From Spirochaetia bacterium (GTDB taxonomy: Bacteria; Spirochaetota; Spirochaetia; CAKZLE01): 64,000 nt of DNA. The notes beneath the pieces were generated by a model that saw nothing but the letters and a program-made list of their open reading frames with translations, made no database searches and was not told the origin of the DNA. The stretch is taken from contig OY782041.1 in NCBI GenBank assembly GCA_963677595.1, positions 2,496,001-2,560,000 on the forward strand. Direction: 5' to 3'. A program made the translations under genes and the position numbers. Shown here piece by piece: positions 59,489 through 64,000 of the stretch (positions within the stretch are counted from its first letter, which is position 1; each line of letters starts with the position of its first letter).

Positions 59489-60013
59489 CTACCCCTGGTA
59501 CGTCCCGCGGTGGACCTTATCGTACCGCAGGTCACTAGCCGTGTACCCGGGCTTCTCTTCGGCAGGGTAGCCGACAGCGATGATCGACTCGACCCTCCGG
59601 TCCTCAGGTATCGCGAGCAGCTCCCTGATCACGGCTTCGGAGCTGCTGCCGTCTTCTGCGGTACGGTTCCTGATCTGGATCCAGCAGGCACCGAGACCGA
59701 GGTCGGCAGCCTCGAGCAATAGGTTGGAGGAGAGGATCGCGGTGTCCTCCACCCAGACATCGCTCTCTGACGGGATGCCGAGGACGACGAGGGCAAGGGG
59801 CGCACCGGCGAGGAAGGCCGACCCATGGGCCTTGGCCCTGCTCAGGTCCCCGATCACGGCACGGTCATCGACCACGACGATCTCCCAGGGGCGGAACCCA
59901 CGCGAAGATGCGGCATAGAGCCCTGCCTGGATGAGCGAGTCAACGAACTCCTCTGAGACAGCCTGGTCAGTGTATTCCCGGATGCTTCTCCGTTCTCTCA
60001 GCAGTGTCAGCAT
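59489..60013 (-). CDS. Nitroreductase family protein
   Basis: RRSIREY, ASS....PWE.VVV, LGLGACW. Confidence 0.92.
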   Translation of the reverse strand: MLTLLRERRSIREYTDQAVSEEFVDSLIQAGLYAASSRGFRPWEIVVVDDRAVIGDLSRAKAHGSAFLAGAPLALVVLGIPSESDVWVEDTAILSSNLLLEAADLGLGACWIQIRNRTAEDGSSSEAVIRELLAIPEDRRVESIIAVGYPAEEKPGYTASDLRYDKVHRGTYQG

Positions 60014-60110
60014 AATCTCCTCCTCGGTATCATGTAGGAGCAGTATACCGTACCTGCTGATGAAGTGTAAATGTCAATCAGTCTGCTCGACTTGGGATCG
60101 TGACCCATAA

Positions 60111-60371
60111 TCATGTTCGCCGAACCGCTTTGATTGCCTCGGTTATATCTGCTTCGTCCAAACCCAGCTCTTCGCGTACTTGATCGCCTAGAGATATGAG
60201 GTTCTCAAACTGGTCCAATTCTGGAACCTTGATAGGTTTCAGGAGAATAGTATCCCCTTCCTGGATAATGATCATGTTCGTACCGGGTTCTAAATTCATG
60301 CGTTCTCGTATGGCATGTGGAATGACAACCTGCCCTTTTGTCGAGACACGTGTGACTTCGATTACTGCCAT
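60111..60371 (-). CDS. AbrB/MazE/SpoVT family DNA-binding protein
   Basis: TRVSTKGQVVIP..IRE.M.L.PG......EGD.I.LKP. Confidence 0.9.
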   Translation of the reverse strand: MAVIEVTRVSTKGQVVIPHAIRERMNLEPGTNMIIIQEGDTILLKPIKVPELDQFENLISLGDQVREELGLDEADITEAIKAVRRT

Positions 60372-60381
60372 GTTATCCCTC

Positions 60382-60396
60382 GTAAGATTATCTTAC
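60382..60396. promoter_or_regulatory. Palindromic operator upstream of the AbrB-like gene
   Basis: GTAAGAT-T-ATCTTAC perfect inverted repeat. Confidence 0.55.
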
Positions 60397-60503
60397 CATG
60401 GGCATGCGCCGAAGCCAAGTTCCTATCACCATCAATAGCTGATGAAACTCTGTAGGGTATTCGTACTGTTCGAGCGTTTTGTTATCGCTTCTGCCCGCCC
60501 GCC

Positions 60504-61289
60504 TCAGCTGTGATCCCCAACGAACCTGACGATCTCCCTGATCAGCTCTGCCTCGTGGCCGAGGTCGGCGAAGCTGTGGTCTGCACCCTCTATCGCGTGG
60601 AGGGACGCTGGTTCACGGTAATACCCGCTGAATTCCCTTCCGGTCTGAAGCGGCACTGCCTCGTCTACCGTCCCGTGGATGATATGCACCGGACCGGTAT
60701 AGGCTGCCGCCCTCGCCGGGAGGCCTGGCATGACTGCCTTGAGGTCCTCGTGGAATGCCGCTGAGACGAGGAACCCGGCATGGTCCACTGACCCGTCGTC
60801 CCTGACCCTGTCGGGGGCGTTCCCCTTGGCCTCCTCGAAGGCTGGGAGCATGTTCCCTGCCGGAGCCATGAGGATGAGTCCCCTCGGGGCCGGCAGACTT
60901 CCTGCTGCTGCAAGGTCCCCGCAGAGACGTGCGGCAACGACACCGCCCATGCTGTGGCCGAGGACGAAGATCCGCTCGTTATCGATCCGAGGGTCTTCAC
61001 ACAGGGTCTGATAGGCTGCATGGGCCTGCTCGATCTCGGAGGAGAGGGTCATCTCCCCGAACTCGCCGTCGCTCTCCCCGGAACCGATGAAGTCGTACCG
61101 TACGGCTGCCGTCCCGATCGACTCCAGTGCCCGTGATATATGGACATGGATCCGATGGGACCCGCCCTTGTGTCCGGTGAACCCGTGGTTGATGAGTACT
61201 GCGGGACAGGGTGTATTACCCGTTTCGGGAATGTGCTCCATCCCCCGCATGACCTGCCCGTTCCATGCAAGTGTCACTGCCTGCTGCAT
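60504..61289 (-). CDS. Alpha/beta hydrolase
   Basis: HGFTG, YDFIGSGESDG, GHSMGG, HGTVDEAVP, GADHSF. Confidence 0.92.
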   Translation of the reverse strand: MQQAVTLAWNGQVMRGMEHIPETGNTPCPAVLINHGFTGHKGGSHRIHVHISRALESIGTAAVRYDFIGSGESDGEFGEMTLSSEIEQAHAAYQTLCEDPRIDNERIFVLGHSMGGVVAARLCGDLAAAGSLPAPRGLILMAPAGNMLPAFEEAKGNAPDRVRDDGSVDHAGFLVSAAFHEDLKAVMPGLPARAAAYTGPVHIIHGTVDEAVPLQTGREFSGYYREPASLHAIEGADHSFADLGHEAELIREIVRFVGDHS

Positions 61290-61291
61290 AG

Positions 61292-61810
61292 TTATTTCAC
61301 CTTCTCCACCTCTTCGTACTCGAGGTCGATCTTGAATCGCTTGTCGTAGAGATTGATCTCGACGGTCACCCGGTGCTTGCGCTTATCGACCTTGGTGATC
61401 GCCCCCTCGTTCCCCTTCAGGGGGCCCTTGAGGACACGGACCCGTTTGTTCCGGTCGAAGACCACCTGTGACTTCCGGGCGATCTCCCCATCCACCGTGA
61501 GGGATGAGATGATCGTGCGGTCCTCATCCTTGAGCGGGATGAGCACCCCGTCCTTCTCCTTGAGATACCACATGAAGAAGGGCTGCTTCCGAAGCAGTTC
61601 CCGTGTCGTGAGGTCCGGGTCGTCGGTCTCCCAGAAGATATAGCCCGGGAAGATCGGCTTCACGAGCTTCATGAACTTGCCCCGCCGCTTTATGGTCAGC
61701 TCCCGTCTCGGCAGGATCAGCTTGCAGTGGAGGTCCTTCGTGCGCTTCACATGTGCGAGGTACCGTTCTTCCTTACCGGTGAGTACCTGCAGTACATAAC
61801 AGTTCGTCAT
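61292..61810 (-). CDS. loaP: NusG paralog, LoaP-type antiterminator
   Basis: YVLQVLTGKEE, IFPGYIF (NGN domain), KOW RVRVLKGPLKG.EG.I.KVDKRKHR. Confidence 0.8.
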   Translation of the reverse strand: MTNCYVLQVLTGKEERYLAHVKRTKDLHCKLILPRRELTIKRRGKFMKLVKPIFPGYIFWETDDPDLTTRELLRKQPFFMWYLKEKDGVLIPLKDEDRTIISSLTVDGEIARKSQVVFDRNKRVRVLKGPLKGNEGAITKVDKRKHRVTVEINLYDKRFKIDLEYEEVEKVK

Positions 61811-61958
61811 AGCGGGGAGTATAGCATAGAAGCCTCAGGATGGGGTAGTGGCTCAGTGAGAAGAAGGGAGAAACCCCTGCGGGTAGAGTTCCCCATTCTT
61901 GCAAACCGGAGGCAAAGCAGGTACAATCATCCCCATATTCAGTTAGGATGGTGGACAG

Positions 61959-63365
61959 ATGGGAAAACTCTGGCAGAAGGACTACTCACTCGATTCTCTG
62001 ATCGAGACATATACCGTGGGAAATGACTATATCCTCGATGTTCAGCTCGTGGAGGCTGACTGCTTCGCGAGTGCCGCTCATGCGACGATGCTGGAGTCGA
62101 TCGGGATCCTGACCTCCGAGGAGCTTAAAGCTCTCAAGGCCGGGCTGCAGGAGATCATCAGGGATGACTCCTTCTCGATCGGTCGGTCTGACGAGGATTG
62201 CCATACCGCCATCGAAGGGTACCTGACAAGACGGGTGGGGGAAGCCGGGAAGAAGATCCACACCGGCCGAAGTCGCAATGACCAGGTCCAGACAGCACTC
62301 CGGGTTTGGATGCGGGACTTCCTCATCTCCATGGTCACCGAGACGGCGGAACTCGTCCGGGTCATGACGGAGTTCGCCGGGGCCAACACGAAGGTCCCCA
62401 TGCCCGGAAGGACCCATATGCAGGTGGCGATGCCCTCCTCGGTCGGGCTCTGGTCAGCAGGCTATGCCGAGGAACTCCTCGATGAGGCGAGCCACCTCCT
62501 CAACATCCTGGACCTCATAGACCAGTCACCCCTCGGGGCAGCAGCCAGCTACGGTGTGCCGCTCCCGCTGGACCGGGAGATGACCGCGGGGCTGATGGGC
62601 TTCTCCAAGGTACAGAACAACGTGCTCTATGCCAATAATTCACGGGGCAAGTTCGAGGCGGTCATCGTAGATGGACTCGACTATATCTGCCTTACGTTGA
62701 GCAAGATCGCCCAGGACCTGATCCTCTACTCGATGCCCGAGTTCGGCTACTTCAGCCTCCCGGCACAGCTGTGCACCGGGTCGAGCATCATGCCCCAGAA
62801 GAAGAACCCCGACGGGCTGGAACTCACCAGGTCGAAATCTGCGATCGTATCAGCCTGTGCCGTACAGATCAAGAACATCATCAGGTCCCTCCCGTCCGGG
62901 TACAACCGGGACTTCCAGGATACCAAGGACCCGCTCATGCGGGCTGCACAGGCAGCCTACCAGTCGGTCCGGGTCATGCAGCTCACCTTCTCCGAGCTGC
63001 AGGTCCATGAGGAGGTCCTCATGCGTTCCTACCTGCCGGAGATCTACGCTACCGATAAGGCCCTGAACCTCGTGGCAGCCGGGATGAGCTTCCGGGATGC
63101 CTACCGTGAGGTCGGCCTCAACCTGGAGGATGTTGCCAGCATGGATCCGATCGAGACCCTGGAGAACAGGACCTCTACCGGGACACCTGGCAACCTCAGG
63201 CTCGACAAGCTCTCATCGGCAGTCGGGGAGGTCGCCTCAGCCGCTGGGCAAAAGAGAAGCCATGTACAGCAGGCTGTACATGGCCTCTTCCCTGAACTGG
63301 AGACCTGCGGTTCTTCTCCGCACTCTAGGTCGGATCTATCAGGTATAAAGACTCCGCTATATTGA
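61959..63365 (+). CDS. argH: Argininosuccinate lyase
   Basis: EDCHTAIE, HTGRSRNDQ, MPGRTHMQ, GSSIMPQKKNPD, LPSGYNRD. Confidence 0.96.
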   Translation: MGKLWQKDYSLDSLIETYTVGNDYILDVQLVEADCFASAAHATMLESIGILTSEELKALKAGLQEIIRDDSFSIGRSDEDCHTAIEGYLTRRVGEAGKKIHTGRSRNDQVQTALRVWMRDFLISMVTETAELVRVMTEFAGANTKVPMPGRTHMQVAMPSSVGLWSAGYAEELLDEASHLLNILDLIDQSPLGAAASYGVPLPLDREMTAGLMGFSKVQNNVLYANNSRGKFEAVIVDGLDYICLTLSKIAQDLILYSMPEFGYFSLPAQLCTGSSIMPQKKNPDGLELTRSKSAIVSACAVQIKNIIRSLPSGYNRDFQDTKDPLMRAAQAAYQSVRVMQLTFSELQVHEEVLMRSYLPEIYATDKALNLVAAGMSFRDAYREVGLNLEDVASMDPIETLENRTSTGTPGNLRLDKLSSAVGEVASAAGQKRSHVQQAVHGLFPELETCGSSPHSRSDLSGIKTPLY

Positions 63366-64000
63366 TGCAGTAGTCCCCAATATGCTCGAGGTGCCGTACC
63401 TTGTCGATCAGCAGCAGCTCGGTCTTGACGTGTGCCCCGCCCTTGAGGTCGTTCTGGGCCAGGATCCTCATGCTGTTCCGCATGGCATTGATCTGCTTCT
63501 CGAACTTGTTCGCCTCCTCCATGTCGGTGGTGGTGACCTTCCGGTCGAGGTGGTCCCTGGTGAAATCGATGAACCCCTTCACCAGTCTCTGGTACTCTGC
63601 CAGCTTCTGGTGTGCCTTCTCGGAGAAGTGGTACCCGTGGGTATAGCGCCTCTCGGAGAGGAGGATGAGGTTGTAGCAGCTGTCGCCGATGCTTTCGAGC
63701 TCGTTGATGATCCTGATCAGCGAGGTGATCTGCTTCGCACTGTGGGGATTGAGGTTCTCCTGGGAGACCCCTACCAGTGACTGCGAGAGCTGTTCCTGCA
63801 TCTGGTCGGTATACTCCTCGAGCTGCTTGATCCTCTTGACCTCCTTGCTCATCTCCGTATCGGGATTGTCGAACACATCACAGAAGGTGCAGAACATGTC
63901 CGCCGTCACCTGGGCCATCTTCCTGACCTCGTCCTTCACGGTGATCAGGTAGAGCTCCGGGGTGTCCTGGTATCCTGACTGGATATACTTGAAATGGTAG
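63325..64000 (-). CDS. Na/Pi cotransporter family protein, C-terminal PhoU-like domains (5' part outside window)
   Basis: Frame open to the window edge; DTPELYL...EVRKM, ELESIGD..YN, LEHIGDYCINIAE. Confidence 0.82.
   Translation of the reverse strand, partial: YHFKYIQSGYQDTPELYLITVKDEVRKMAQVTADMFCTFCDVFDNPDTEMSKEVKRIKQLEEYTDQMQEQLSQSLVGVSQENLNPHSAKQITSLIRIINELESIGDSCYNLILLSERRYTHGYHFSEKAHQKLAEYQRLVKGFIDFTRDHLDRKVTTTDMEEANKFEKQINAMRNSMRILAQNDLKGGAHVKTELLLIDKVRHLEHIGDYCINIAESLYLIDPT

Overview
High-GC bacterial chromosome window, probably Spirochaetota (inferred from the rho-rpmE-galK-surE order, the lipoprotein signal style and a LoaP-type NusG paralog). The left part is mostly housekeeping: cinA, rho, rpmE, galK-like, surE, nifS/nifU, clpS-clpA-aat, lipA/lipB and a ROK-regulated nagA/DUF4954/nagB locus. 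Three accessory inserts are bounded by direct repeats. (i) A lower-GC ABC-type ATPase plus Toprim/RloB-like pair, a candidate defence cassette, lies between 12-bp repeats at 10973 and 13094. (ii) A 12.3-kb island lies between identical 32-bp repeats at 29993 and 42335. It encodes two tandem, split McbB/cucumopine-synthase-like (Pictet-Spenglerase family) proteins in an apparently catabolic operon with an NMT1-type ABC importer, DhaK/DhaL, a HisC-like aminotransferase, an M20 amidohydrolase, a dihydropyrimidinase, an acetoacetate-decarboxylase-family protein and a FadR regulator. This is the most novel-looking system here. (iii) An orphan AbrB gene lies between 9-bp repeats. Next to the island is a sigma54-dependent permease/DUF917/hydantoinase-oxoprolinase operon whose activator appears co-transcribed with degenerate paralogs of the same two enzymes. 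An uncharacterised three-gene operon (membrane/Zn-finger/coiled-coil protein, coiled-coil protein, beta-helix protein) lies at 55-59 kb. No rRNA, tRNA, CRISPR array, integrase or transposase was recognised. All family assignments are from motif recognition by eye, not database searches.
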